A stretch of 64,000 nt of DNA from Paraspadella gotoi (Eukaryota > Animalia > Chaetognatha). The stretch is taken from positions 16,486,087-16,550,086 of the forward strand of contig CM119266.1 of NCBI GenBank assembly GCA_051294375.1. Reading direction: 5' to 3'. How positions within the stretch are numbered: the stretch's first letter is position 1; each line of letters starts with the position of its first letter. This document shows positions 38,389 to 50,676 of the stretch, piece by piece. The notes beneath the pieces were generated by a model. The model saw nothing but the letters and a program-made list of their open reading frames with translations. It ran no database searches and was not told the origin of the DNA. The translations under genes were made by a program, and so were the position numbers.

Positions 38389-39291
38389 AATAATTTTTTG
38401 ATCGCCTTGTCCTTTTCTCGAATTCACATAATAGAAAACTAAAAGTTAACACAAAAAAAAAAAAAAAACAGAAAAGTTAAAAAGAAGACGACGTAATAGA
38501 AGAAAAAGAAAGTGAAAAGTATTTGATTTATTTTTTTAATATTTTTAATTTTTTTTAATTTTAGGATGCGTTTAAACATAAGAGACATGAAGGATAATGA
38601 TCCCGTTTTAACAGGATATTAGCGTTAAAGAGCAATGAAAACCCGATGGTAAAAGTATTTGCAAGCTAAAGTGTTGATTTTCCCCATCGTATCTCGTTTT
38701 GTGGGCAATAGCTTTCAGGAAAGGAAGTGCCTCCATATTTCCTCCACCAAAGTTTTACGAAACTAAGTTTTTTTTTCTGGAAAGAAAAAGAAACAATGAA
38801 ATACATTGGGTCCTGGAAGGGTTTCTTCAGGATGTAGAAATCAGCGGGGCGTGCTATTCTGCCAGGCAGGAGGGCTTGTGCTTCCTTAGCAGGAGCTGAA
38901 GAAATCCCTTGTGAAGGGCATCTCGAAGTTTGTTGTGACGTGACGTGACGAAACTAAAGGTTGAAAATAAATTCGGCTAAATTTAATTTCTCCGACCGAG
39001 GTTTTGGCGTATATGGTGCTTGGCAGTTTCTAAAATGGGTTCGAATTTTTAAGGCATTTCATATTGTGATGGCGGCGGCTGGAGTTGAGGCGGCCTGAAA
39101 TACGTCTCTTGTACAAGCGAGACGACGGAGACATTGAAGGCAAGTTTTCGGCCGCCAGTCCCTGTAGGGTTAGGGATGCTTTTTTGTTTCTGGAAGATCG
39201 GTTTTTTTTTCTGAAAGGAAACTTAAACTTTGACAACAGCCAACGGCTCGAATTTTTGTTATTCATGTTGTTTTTCTCCTTTCCTTTACAG

Positions 39292-39329
<38 letters not shown>

Positions 39330-41823
39330 AAAAAGGAAAACAACAATGTTAGTAATTCTGCAGAATTAAAATATAAAAAAGAAAATGAAAGCAAAGAGTT
39401 TTCATGTCAAATGGGAGCGTGTTAGGACCCGCCGGTCCGCCCTCCTCCTAAAACGCCCCCGAGGAAACTCCTCAACCCCGGCGAGATGCTTCGGTAGTCC
39501 AGAGATTCTTCAAAGGCATGATTTGGTGGCTTGAGGCTTGAGGGCTGAGGCTTGAGCAGATCGACGATCAAATAGTATCTTTATTTCTCTGAGTTTATGA
39601 AGAGTTTAGGAGGACGGACCGGCGGGTCCTAACAAGCGAGCAAAGAATCGGTAGTCGAAAATTTCCGTCTTTCTGTAAAGGAAAGGTGAAAAACAACAAG
39701 AATAGAAAATTCGAGTCATTGGCAGTTGTCAAAGGATAAACGAGAAAAAGCAAAAATTTCATTAACTTTAAAAGGAAACAACATTTCACTTTATGAGGTA
39801 GAATTGTGAATGTTGTTGAATGTTGTCGAAATATTTAGGAGTGCGCCGAGGAGAATGAGCAATGCTCGGAAGAAAAAAGGAAATTCCGCCGAAAGAGGAC
39901 GCACGCAGTGTGCATGCAATGCGACTCATTTCACTGTCGAGTTAGTTCAACAAAAGACGTTAACAAAATTAACCCAACGCCACTGTCACGGCCGTGGCCG
40001 TTTTACTGACACTGACACTGATAGTGTTGTCAGAGGAGTGTAGGGAAATGGCGTGCCCCCTAAAATTATGCAAAAAAATTGACATCCCTCTGTCCGTCTG
40101 AAGAAACCTTTATTTACTAATCAGTGGATGAGGCGATTGACTTGAAAAAAAACACGTTTTTTTATTTAATTTTAATTTTTTAATTTTATATGAAACGTAA
40201 TTGCATGTAGCAACCACAACACAAAATTATAACTATTAACTTTAGAGGGATGGAATTAGGAATTAGTGCATAAATATATATTATATATATATATATATAT
40301 AGCCTACTACATAAATTGCAAAATTTATAATAATTTTTTTTTACCTCAATGTTCATTAATCTATACAAAGTTATTCATTCCTCAGTTTTAGAATTTTAAT
40401 ATAACTTAAAGTAGAAGTAGAATTTTTACTAAGCTTCACTGCTTGCCGCTTACATCAAAAATGGAAAAAAAAGGTCAAATGCTTTAAATTTTTACGCTTT
40501 GTAGTAGAAACTATTATATGATGAAACATTTTGGTCATTTTTCGCAGCTTTAACCTAAAAATATCATATAACATATTTTACAAAAGTTTTTCAGTTTTTT
40601 CCGGCAAATCCGAAACTGTTCTTAAAATTAAAAAAATATGATTTTGAAATTTTATGATTTTATATACATATTACTATAAAAAAAATTAATAAGCAGCAAA
40701 AAAACATTGTTCCATCGCTCAATCTTTTTATCACTCCACCCTCCTAAGCAGTGCTTTCATTATAATTTATATATATATTGAAATGTAGAGGAATAAAGTT
40801 GCAATAGAATGAACTCTTAAAAGTTAAATTTAAAACTTTAAAATAAAAATGCAAGATTTATAATTTAAGAAATGGTTGCAGACTATTCTGTGTCTGATTC
40901 ATCAGATAGAAATGAAACCGACGAATCCTCGGGGTCTTATTCATACAGTTATACGTCTTCAACGGAACTTAGTCGGCGCGAAAGAATTAAAAAAAATAAA
41001 CGATGCTACACGTAATTATTAATAAAACATCAGCTTCATATACTTTTTCATTCTGCATCAAATTCCTTTTTTCAAAACTAGATTAATTCTCGTGCTGCTT
41101 ATCATTCTTTCTTGGTTTGTGGGTGTGGTTATGGAAAGCCGACTTAACGTCATCGACGAATTAGCAAAAGTGTTTCGGATTTATTTGGATCCTGTAACCG
41201 GCTAAGTTAGTAACAATGTGATAACATTTTATTTTATTTTTTAATGTTGTCGTTTTTATTAGCCGCTAAGGGGTCTGAGGATGACTATCAGTGACTTCTT
41301 TAGCCCCCTTTGGCATCCAAGGCTGTTTACATCAGCTTCCCATAAGGTAGATAATATCTACTAGATACGTATGAATGTAGTTGGGATTGAACCCGGTAAC
41401 TAGTAAGGCGTAGTGAAAGTTACAGATCAAAATTCGAATAGTTGTTCATGGACAGTTTAGTACTAATGAACAATGATATATAAAAAAATATTTTTATTAT
41501 TTTCTCAATTTTCGCATACGCCCATAATGATAATTTATACATAGTACCTACCATAGAAAATGTCAAGCAGATTCGAATTCCTCATAAAAAGTTGATAAAA
41601 GAAAATATAAGTCTTAATCAAAAAATTAAAAAACGATATTTTTTATACTAAAATTAAATTATAGGTTAACTATAACAGTTTTTTAGGATTTTGACCCACT
41701 TAATGAAATAATTTTTTAAAAATTTTATTTCTTTTCCCTCACAATCTCTCTCTCTCTCTACTAACTTAAAACATGTCCTCACATTTCACCACTCCTGTCT
41801 CACATCTTTGTTGGCGATTTCTT

Positions 41824-41867
<44 letters not shown>

Positions 41868-41906
41868 AAAATCAATTTGGAAAACTTGAAAATGTGAATT
41901 GTCAAA

Positions 41907-41946
41907 ACACTGATGAAGGCTTGAATGTAAGCCGAAACTTGTCTGT
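41907..41946 (+). ncRNA. Minimal type I hammerhead ribozyme motif
   Basis: ACA-CTGATGA-A-GGCTT(GAATGT)AAGCC-GAAA-C-TT-GTC^TGT: intact core, 5-bp stem II, 3-bp stem I, GUC cleavage triplet. Confidence 0.8.
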
Positions 41947-42199
41947 ACCATTAAAAATAAAATCGTTGATGTAAAAAGACTTCGTCCTTAATCTCAAATA
42001 TCACAAACACAACGAAAGAAAGTTTAATCACAATGTCTAAAAAGAGTTATATTTCTTTATATCAACTTTTCGTGAGGAATTCAAATCTGCTTTCAAAAAT
42101 AATAAAAAATTTATTTAAAAATTTTAACATTTTTTATGGTAAGTACTATGCATAAATATGGGCGTATGCGAAAATTGAAAAATTTAACAATTTTTTTTT

Positions 42200-42678
42200 T
42201 GAAATTGGTACAACCAATATAATAATTATCCATTCATTAATAAATAAGCTATATTGCCCCTGACTTTGGACAGGCTTTGGTGGTTTAAGGCCTCCATCCC
42301 TCTTACAAGATAATGACATAGCAGGTCCCTGCAAGCTTTCAATCAAGACTCTCTCACAGTCTCGTTTATTCACTCCAGAGTACTTGGCTTCCCTATCAAT
42401 GAAGTGGTATAATATTTCAAAGAATGTTTCAATTGTATGAAAAGACCACTCATTAAGTATTAGATCGGGGGAATACTTATTGTACTCCGCACTAGCATCA
42501 AAATACAAGGAGCTGCATTTTATGAAATTGGTACAACCAATATAAAAATTACCATTCATTTAATAAATAAGCTATCATGCCCCTGACTTTGGACAGGCTT
42601 TGGTGGTTTAAGGCCTCCATCACTCTTACAAGATAATGAAATAGCAGGTCCCTGCAAGCTTTCAATCAAGACTCTCTC
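42200..42678 (-). mobile_element. Unclassified interspersed repeat 'family B', here a full unit plus a partial tandem copy; others at 2199-2269, 20352-20575/21231-21258, 25225-25410, 30043-30320, 43225-43400, 60616-60720
   Basis: These copies share the end ..TTGGTTGTACCAATTTC(A) and are variably truncated at the other end. Confidence 0.8.
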
Positions 42679-43500
42679 GAATTTTGATTTTGATTCTACT
42701 TGATTTTAATATTTTTGCTACTCTTTAGTAACTAGTCATAATCTTGTATAATCTAGTATAATCTGATTTTCTCAATATTTCTGATCCTCGTTTCTGAATT
42801 TAATTTTTATTTTTATTTTATTCAACCCTAAACTCTTTTTAAATGCTTAATCCAATTCTTAACTCTGATCCATAACCCTTACCTAAACCTTAACCTTTAA
42901 TTTATAATCCTAATCCTTATTTCTTAACTTAAAACCCTGACTTTAACTTAATATTTAAAACTAAAAAAAATTTATTGTGAATTAACGCTAAAATTGGCCC
43001 CTATGGAGGACTAAAATCCACCAACCGTTCATCAGCGTTCATTGGTGCCGGAGGCAAGTCATTCGCCTCTCAACCCAAAGGTAAGGGGTTCTCGCCCGGT
43101 GGCCGTCTAGCAGTTAAGAGGGATGGGGCGCTTAACCTGCCTGTAACATGGTGTTTCAGCCTAATCCGAAGCTCAGGGACTGCTTATATTGAACGGTTCC
43201 GTCACTAACTGAAGTGAATAACTAAGTGAATAAATAAGACTGTGAGAGAGTCTTGATTGAAAGCTTGCAGAAACCTACTATGTTATTATCGTGTAAGTGT
43301 GATGGAGGCCTTAAACCACCAAAGCCTGTCCAAAGTCAGGGACAAGATAGCTTATTTATTAAATGAATGGATAATTTTTATATTGGTTGTACCAATTTCA
43401 TATAACAATTATCACTGTCTCTTCAGCCCTTTCGGAAAAGATGGCCGATTATGCGTCAAATCCTTAGAGTTGATTCCTTTTAATTATCGTCCCGGTCGGC

Positions 43501-43553
<53 letters not shown>

Positions 43554-43559
43554 CTTCTT

Positions 43560-43892
43560 TCCGGATTGTGTTCCGTCCCGGGCACGCGGATCACGTGATT
43601 GCGAGGCAAATCGGCTCGCGCTCCGAGCTTCGCTCGCGCGCGCGTTTTTCCTCCCTTCTTTCTTTCTGTGAATCATGGTATTCCTACGCGACGCGGAAGT
43701 GGGGTATTTTCTCGCCAGTTCGCTTATTTTGCTTTACAACGTCAACCACGAATAGTCCGCCTTGTCCGTCGAGTTTTTATAAATTAATCGTTAAGATCTC
43801 AGTGTCGCCGCGAGAACATACTCGCGGAGAAGCTCTTTAAGCTTCTCTCGGTTTGTCTATTTCAGTATTTGAGTACGTATATCTGTCTGTTG
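43560..43892 (+). promoter_or_regulatory. CpG-rich promoter and probable non-coding first exon, most likely of the CLK gene
   Basis: High CpG density, CACGTG, GCGGAAGT (ETS-like), upstream CT tract, TTG|GTATGT donor at 43892. The link to CLK is inferred and crosses an assembly gap. Confidence 0.5.
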
Positions 43893-44013
43893 GTATGTTA
43901 CCTTTAGATTTTAAATGCTTATAATTTTAGTAATATTAAATAAATTTTGTTAATATTGTTAGATAGTTTGAAAACTTAAGGATATTCAGCGTGCATATGT
44001 TTCTAACTTGTGT

Positions 44014-44023
44014 NNNNNNNNNN
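44014..44023. other. Assembly gap (10 N)
   Basis: Run of n characters. Confidence 1.
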
Positions 44024-44281
44024 GTAATGTGTAGTAACGTTATTACTTGAAACTGGCATCATACAACTACAACAAAGTTAATGCAGCATTTCACTTAATA
44101 CTTATCAGAGAGGTTAGTCATTATTACACGATTATTGAGCATAAGTTAAGTTATCAGAAAGTAATACTGATTTATTTTTGATTTAACTTAACAAATAAGT
44201 GATGAACCATATGGCGCTTGTTGCATATATATCAAGTTATACATACTTAATCAATTAGAAAGTGGAACATATTGGAACATA

Positions 44282-45105
44282 CAGATCTGACCAAAAAAAT
44301 GTTTAAACTTTGAACCCCTACTATCTCATTTGTCTATCATCTTATTCATTCATTCATTTATTCATTCATTTATTCATTTGAAAGCCAAGACAAAGATCCT
44401 TTATTCGAGCCCATAACGAGGTTTTTAAGCTAAATATTATAGAAGCTGTGTTTGTCAAGATATAGGATCGCCAAACAGTTGCATTTCTCTTTCACAGCCG
44501 TCTGCAGAGTTGTCAACAAATTTGAAGTAACTAGAAACCTTAAATGAGCTGTTAAAAGCAGGCGGCCTTGCATGTCCGCAGAGAGCAATGACGATAACCT
44601 GGAAAGTCTCGCAATTCAAGTCCGTAAGTCTTTTACAAACCAGTTTTTAAAAAAATGAAGAGAAGAAAAAGGAATTGTCACCAGTAATTCCATAGTAAAT
44701 AGGTGGCTTTTTAAGGAGGATGGAACTCCTAGATACAAAGCTAAAGGTACCCAAAAATGGTATAAGAAAAATGGGATCGAGGTGCTCAAAGGTTGGCCCC
44801 GAAATTTGCCTGACTGCAACATCATTGAAAATGTTTGGTCAAGGATAAAAAATGATATTTTGCAGTACAATGCTATAACAGTTAACAAAATTAAGAAAAT
44901 TGTAAAACACATTTGACAGGAGCTGAACCCTTCATATTTGCAAAGCTTCTACAACTCTCTCCCTCGTTGCATGGAAGCAGTGCTGGTAGCAAATGGTAGT
45001 CCGTCAACATATTAATTAACTGAGTCCTAAAAATTATTATTTCTTCAAAAAACGAAATTAAATGCTTTTATCATAACTAATAAACTTTTTTTTGGACCAG
45101 ATCTA
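44282..45105 (+). mobile_element. Internally deleted Tc1-family transposon with transposase remnant
   Basis: TA-flanked imperfect TIRs starting CAGATCTG; the frame from 44701 reads WLFKEDGTPRYKAK..WPRNLPDCNIIENVW..*QELNPSYLQSFYNSLPRCMEAVLVANGSPSTY*; an HTH remnant lies near 44490-44600. Confidence 0.88.
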
Positions 45106-45899
45106 TATTGAAATTGCTCTCTTTTTAATTTGCTAAGCTCTTAGTATTAGTACAGTGTGTCCCAATGGAACTGTCTGATAACTTTTACATATTGTGCAGA
45201 ACTATGTTGTTAAATTTCATTTCTGAGATAACAATGACAAAGATAAGTTCTTACCATTTATTATACTATATTTCAAATTCCATTTTTAAAATTTTTTCTG
45301 TGCAGAACATTTAATTTAAATGAGTCCTCATTCCCCACTTTTTTAAATTTTAAATAATTTTTTTATTTTAAAATAATTTTTAATAAAAAATGTTTAAAAA
45401 TATTTTAAATAGATATAAATTATTTAAATTTTACTTTTCATAAAATAAGTGCATTAATAAAAAAAAATATTAAAAAAATATAAAAATTGATAAAAATATG
45501 CTAATTAATTTGATATTTAAATTTTATTATTTGGAGTTGATTGCTTTTGCTTCTTTGTGACCGTCGTCGTCATCGTTGTTGTCGTCGTCATCGTCACGCT
45601 TTTTGACGATTAGAAATTGTAAAAGTGTATTACCATAGGAATCTAAAAATGTAGATATAGGTTATAATCAGCAAGATCTTTTAGATTCACATGTTTCATA
45701 TTGCTACATGCATTTGGTTATGTTTTATTTACAAAACAATCTTTATATATATTAAAACTACTACGAATTACAATCTTTCTCTCTCTCTTTCTCTTTTAAA
45801 TATATGTCGCTCTCTCTCTCTTTTTTTGGCTGCCTCCTAAGTTGTAGTTCATTCAAATAGCGATGTCGCCGGCGATTCACGCAAGAGTTCGCAGGTGTG

Positions 45900-47935
45900 G
45901 TTCTAGTTGGTTGGCGACTTCGCCATGGCGATATCGCCAGGGCTTTGGCGATGTCGCCAGTCCCCCACTGGCGACCTCGCCAGTGATAAAAGTAGCGAAT
46001 ATAATGAAAAGCGCAGCTAACACGGGATGAGCATCACCTTCAGGCTTCTCTCCCAACCCTAACCCTAAACCAAACCTCCCGTTCAAGCTCTGTGCCTCTC
46101 CCCTAACCCTAACCCGGGCCTGGCCTCCCGTACATCTCCATGCCTCAACCCTAACCCTAACCGCCTTCGATGCATCAACCAGCGGCCCCTCCCCCAACCC
46201 TAACCCTAAACAGCCTTCCGTTCAACTCTCTGTGCCTCTCCCTAACCCTAACCCAGGCTCAGCCTCCCGTACATCTCCGTGCCTCAACCCTAACCCTAAC
46301 CGCCTTCGATGCATCAACCATGGGTCCCTCCCGCAACCCTAACCCTAAACCAAGCCTCCCGTTCAACTCCATGCCTCTCCCCTAACCCTAAACCAGGCCC
46401 GGCCTCCCGTACATCTCCGTACCTCAACCCTAACCCTAATTGCCTTCGATATATAACCCACGGGCCTCTCTCCAACCCTAACCCGGCCCAGGCCTCCCGT
46501 ACATCTCCGTACCTCAACCCTAACCCTAATTGCCTTCGATAATACAACCACGGGCCTCTCTCCCAACCCTAACCCTAAACCGGGCCCAGGCCTCCCGTAC
46601 AATCTCCGTGCCTCAACCCTAACCCTAACGCGGGCCTCTTGGTCATCAACAACACCCTCCCTACCCTATCCCTAAAATTGACATTAATAATAAGCCTAAA
46701 ATAAACTTAACTTAACTCAACCCCAACCTAACCCTAAATACTCAACCCTAACCCTAACTACTCAACCCTAACCCTAACTACTAACCAACTCAACCCTAAC
46801 CTAAACCAACTCAACCCTAACCCTAATCTGAGTTTAGTTTAGGCGAAATCGCCATAACTAGAACGCTAGATGTAGTTCAGTGCGAAATCGCCAAATCGCG
46901 ACTTAGCCATGACGCCCTCGCCATTTGGCGGTTTAGCTGTGAACTACATCTAGCGTTCTAGTTATGGCGATTTGCCTAAACTAGTTAAGTTTATTTTTAG
47001 GCTTATTATTAATGTCAATTTTAGGGATAGGGGTAGGGAGGGTGTTGTTGATGACCAAGAGGCCCGCGTTAGGGTTAGGGTTGAGGCACGGAGATGTATG
47101 GGAGGCCTGGGCCGGTTTAGGGTTAGGGTTGGAGAGAGGCCCGTGGGTTATATATCGAAGGCAATTAGGGTTAGGGTTGAGGTACGGAGATGTACGGGAG
47201 GCCTGGGCCCGGTTTAGGGTTAGGGTTGGGAGAGAGGCCCGTGGGTTATATATCGAAGGCAATTAGGGTTAGGGTTGAGGTACGGAGATGTACGGGAGGC
47301 CGGCCTGGTTTAGGGTTAGGGAGAGGCATGGAGTTGAACGGGAGGCTTGGTTTAGGGTTAGGGTTGCGGAGGGACCCATGGTTGATGCATCGAAGGCGGT
47401 TAGGGTTAGGGTTGAGGTACGGAGATGTACGGGAGGCTGGGCCTGGGTTAGGGTAGGGGAGAGGCATGGATTGAACGGGAGCTTAGTTTAGGGTTAGGGT
47501 TGGGGAGGGGCCCGTGGTTGATGCATCGAAGGCGGTTAGGGTTAGGGTTGAGGCACGGAGATGTACGGGAGGCTGAGCCTGGGTTAGGGTTAGGGGAGAG
47601 GCACAGAGTTGAACGGAAGGCTTGGTTTAGGGTTAGGGTTGGGGGAGGGGCCCGTGGTTGATGCATCAAAGGCGGTTAGGGTTAGGGTTGAGGCATGGAG
47701 ATGTACGGGAGGCCCAGGCCCGGGTTAGGGTTAGGGGAGAGGCACAGAGTTGAACGGAGGTTTGGTTTAGGGTTAGGGTTGGGAGAGAAGCCTGAAGGTG
47801 AGCTCATCCCCGTGTTAGCTGCGCTTTTCATTATATTCGCTACTTTTTATCACTGCGAGGTCGCCAGTGGGGGACTGGCGACATCGCCAAAGCCCTGGCG
47901 ATATCGCCATGGCGAAGTCGCCAACCAACTAGAAC
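45900..47935. repeat. ~2-kb palindrome: two inverted ~970-bp elements (45900-46864, 46954-47935) carrying a telomere-dimer minisatellite, around an ~89-bp core with its own TIRs
   Basis: The arms are reverse complements over most of their length; each has GTTCTAGTT..AACTAGAAC ends; the core reads TAGATGTAGTTCA..TGAACTACATCTA. Confidence 0.92.
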
Positions 47936-48645
47936 TTCTGATTCGTCTAAAAACGAGTTCAGCTCTGCAGCGGTTAGCTTCCAGTTCTCTCTATCTTTTT
48001 TTCTCTTTCTCTCTCTCTATTTCTCTCTCTCTCTCTCTCTCGTTTTCTTTCTCTCTCTCTCTCATACATGCATTTGTTTTATTTAGAATGAATGACTCAT
48101 CACGTCAATGAATGACTATTATCGCATCAATGAATGACTATCATTGCATTAATTATTTGGTTATCATCGAATCAATCATTTGGTTATCATCGCCTCAATA
48201 ATTGGTTATCATTGCATCAATAATTGGTTATCATCGCATCAATAAATTACTATTATATCCATCAATTACTATTACATCAATAAATAACTATTACATCAAT
48301 AAATTATTATTATATCAATAAATTACTATTACATCAATCAATTATTATTACATCAATAATTCGTTATCGCATCAATCATTCGTTTTTTTTACGGATTTTT
48401 TCATAAATTTGTTTTGATAGTAACGTCTGGCGAGATCAGTATACAGTATACTTTTGCTTTTCTCTCTCCTCGTTCTACGCGGCGAACATAAAGTATTTCT
48501 CCAGGGAGACTATGGTCACTAACCATTGGTTACTCTACGCTAGGTTATCCCTAACCTAAGTAAACACCTTTTTGAAATGACGATCAAAGTGCAATTCCCA
48601 TGAGGTTCGACTTTTGTACGAATAGATCGCTGCCATTGGAAAACC

Positions 48646-49860
48646 TTTTTATCGAGCCTACCGGCGAAGCCGGTTCAGGCTCGATATTGATTCGGGTCAG
48701 CTTCTTTGTGACGTCGTCGGCGTCGTCGTCGTCACGCTGTTTTTATATAAAAACTACTACGCTTTTATAGGTTTGGCTGGGACTTACCATTTTTTTTAAA
48801 TAAAAATTATTATGAATTATGATAAAGTTTTACAAAAGTGTAGTAAATAGTAAGTTAAAAATTTAGATATGGCTTCTCATCTTGAAATAGCTTTGATATT
48901 TTCTTATTACATTTGGATTTAAGTATTTTTTGTTTGAATCTCCACTTCATTATGATTTACTGCAATATGCAAATGAGATTATAGTACTCATTATAATATC
49001 CAAATTAGTATATAGAAATGCTTTAATCTAATTTACATATTGCAGTATATATTATTGAAGATGAAATTCAAAAAAAAATTTTTAAATCTCTAATAAAAAT
49101 GGGAACTCAGAGGATTTTTTTAATGAGAAGCTATATCTTAATTTTAATACAAATAAAAATAAAATATTTTACAAGCTATGATTGGAAAAAATTGGAAAAA
49201 TTTCTAATTGTAAACAATTGTAACATTTTTTTCCTTTCTTTCATTTCTTTAAATTATATATAGATTTTTCTTCCTATTTTTGTCAGTTGCTGCCTTTTCT
49301 GAACCTTTTAAAAACGAGTTCAGGCTCTGCAGTGACTGTTCAGCTGCCTTCCAGAGGCTGTCCAGCTTTCTTTCTCTCTCTGTTTCTGTCTGTCTTTCTC
49401 TCTCTCTCTGTACGATCTTGAATAACTTTCATTATTTTTTTCCTTTTATAAACTTTTATCTCCATTTATTCCGCGCTTTTTTCTCAATGCAAAAGCCAAA
49501 TTTACATCCGAGATTTTCGTGGATTTATTCTCTTTCTTCTCTCTCTCTTTCTTTCTTTCTCTCTCTTTCTTTCTCTCTCTCAATCAATGAATGACTATCA
49601 TCGTATCAATGAATGATTATCATCACATCTATGAATGACTATCATCGCATCAACCATTTGGTTATTATCATATCAATCATTTGGTTATCATCACATCGAT
49701 CATTTGGTTATCATCGCATCAATTATTGGTTATCATTACATCAATATTTGTTATCATCGCATCAATCATTTGGTTATCATCGCATCAATCCTTTGGTTAT
49801 CATCGCATCAATATTTGGTTATCATTGAAGGGAGGCTCGATCCTATTCTTTTAAGATTTT
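48646..49860 (+). mobile_element. HINE-like family 2; related copies at 33768-34500 (-), 36288-37435 (-) and a split copy at 45535-45838 plus 47936-48390
   Basis: 5' hairpin ATCGAGCCT..AGGCTCGAT, (CGT)n tract, internal TTATCATCGCATCAAT tandem repeats, 3' AGGCTCGATCCTATTCTTTTAAGATTT. Confidence 0.7.
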
Positions 49861-50676
49861 TTGTCTTCGTATGAATCAGCAAAACAGCAAGAGGAAGGTA
49901 GTGCGATAAAGGTAAAGGTGAAGCTTTTTTAATCTTTTATTATTTTTTTTTCTTGCTTTCTTTTTTCAACCAGTCTTTTTATTCTTTCTTTGATTTGGTT
50001 AACTCTTTGCCAACCTCCGCACTCACCTTTATTAGGACTAAACTCGGACAAAAAATAACCAAAGGTTTTTTTAATATATACTTATACCGGCCAATGCAGA
50101 ATGAGGGCAATATTGCTATTGTTAAGTTTCAAATAAATCCGACCATGAATATAGAAAATATCAACCAAAATCTTTGGAAAATATATCCCTTTGATGGAAG
50201 ATTTTCACCATAAAAGATTTTTCCTGAATCTGACTACCGGTTGAAAACTCTTAGGATTTCGATCATTAGATCCACTTTTAGTTTAAATAAAAATTTCGAT
50301 CATTAGATCCACTTTTAGTTTAAATAAAAATTTCACCAAAATGGACTAATTCACTTTACCATGATTGTATTATATTAAAATAACCAAATAAAATGTAAAG
50401 AAAAATTTTGAGAGCCGTTCAGACGCTTAGCCTGAGGATTCCTAAATTTGATGTCATTTGATGAACAGGAACACACCTCAATCACGTTTATATCGTTTTG
50501 AATAGAAAAAATTCCTTTCATTTCTATATAAAATCAGAGATATATAATTTTCTTGCACAGAAGCAGTTTATTTGTTCTGGCTTGTTTGATATCAAAATAT
50601 TGATGGTTTGACAAGAGAAAAAAAATTCGAGCTCTTCAGATACAACACTGTCGGAATCGAGCATTTTTACATCTAT

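Noticed and set aside
38860-38935. SRP helix 8 (CAGG..AGCAG) or a hammerhead (CTGAAGA..GAAG)
   Set aside because: Closing pairs, tetraloop and Alu domain are absent for SRP; GAAA and the triplet are absent for a hammerhead.
46054-46630. CRISPR-like repeat-spacer appearance
   Set aside because: The repeats are telomeric dimers, the spacers cycle among three related sequences, there are no cas genes and the context is eukaryotic.
45877-48111. Many ORFs with LGLGL / RVRV / NPNP peptides
   Set aside because: They are translations of the TTAGGG minisatellite on both strands.
50257-50334. Exact ~37-bp tandem duplication
   Set aside because: Ordinary slippage or an assembly artefact, with no sign of function.
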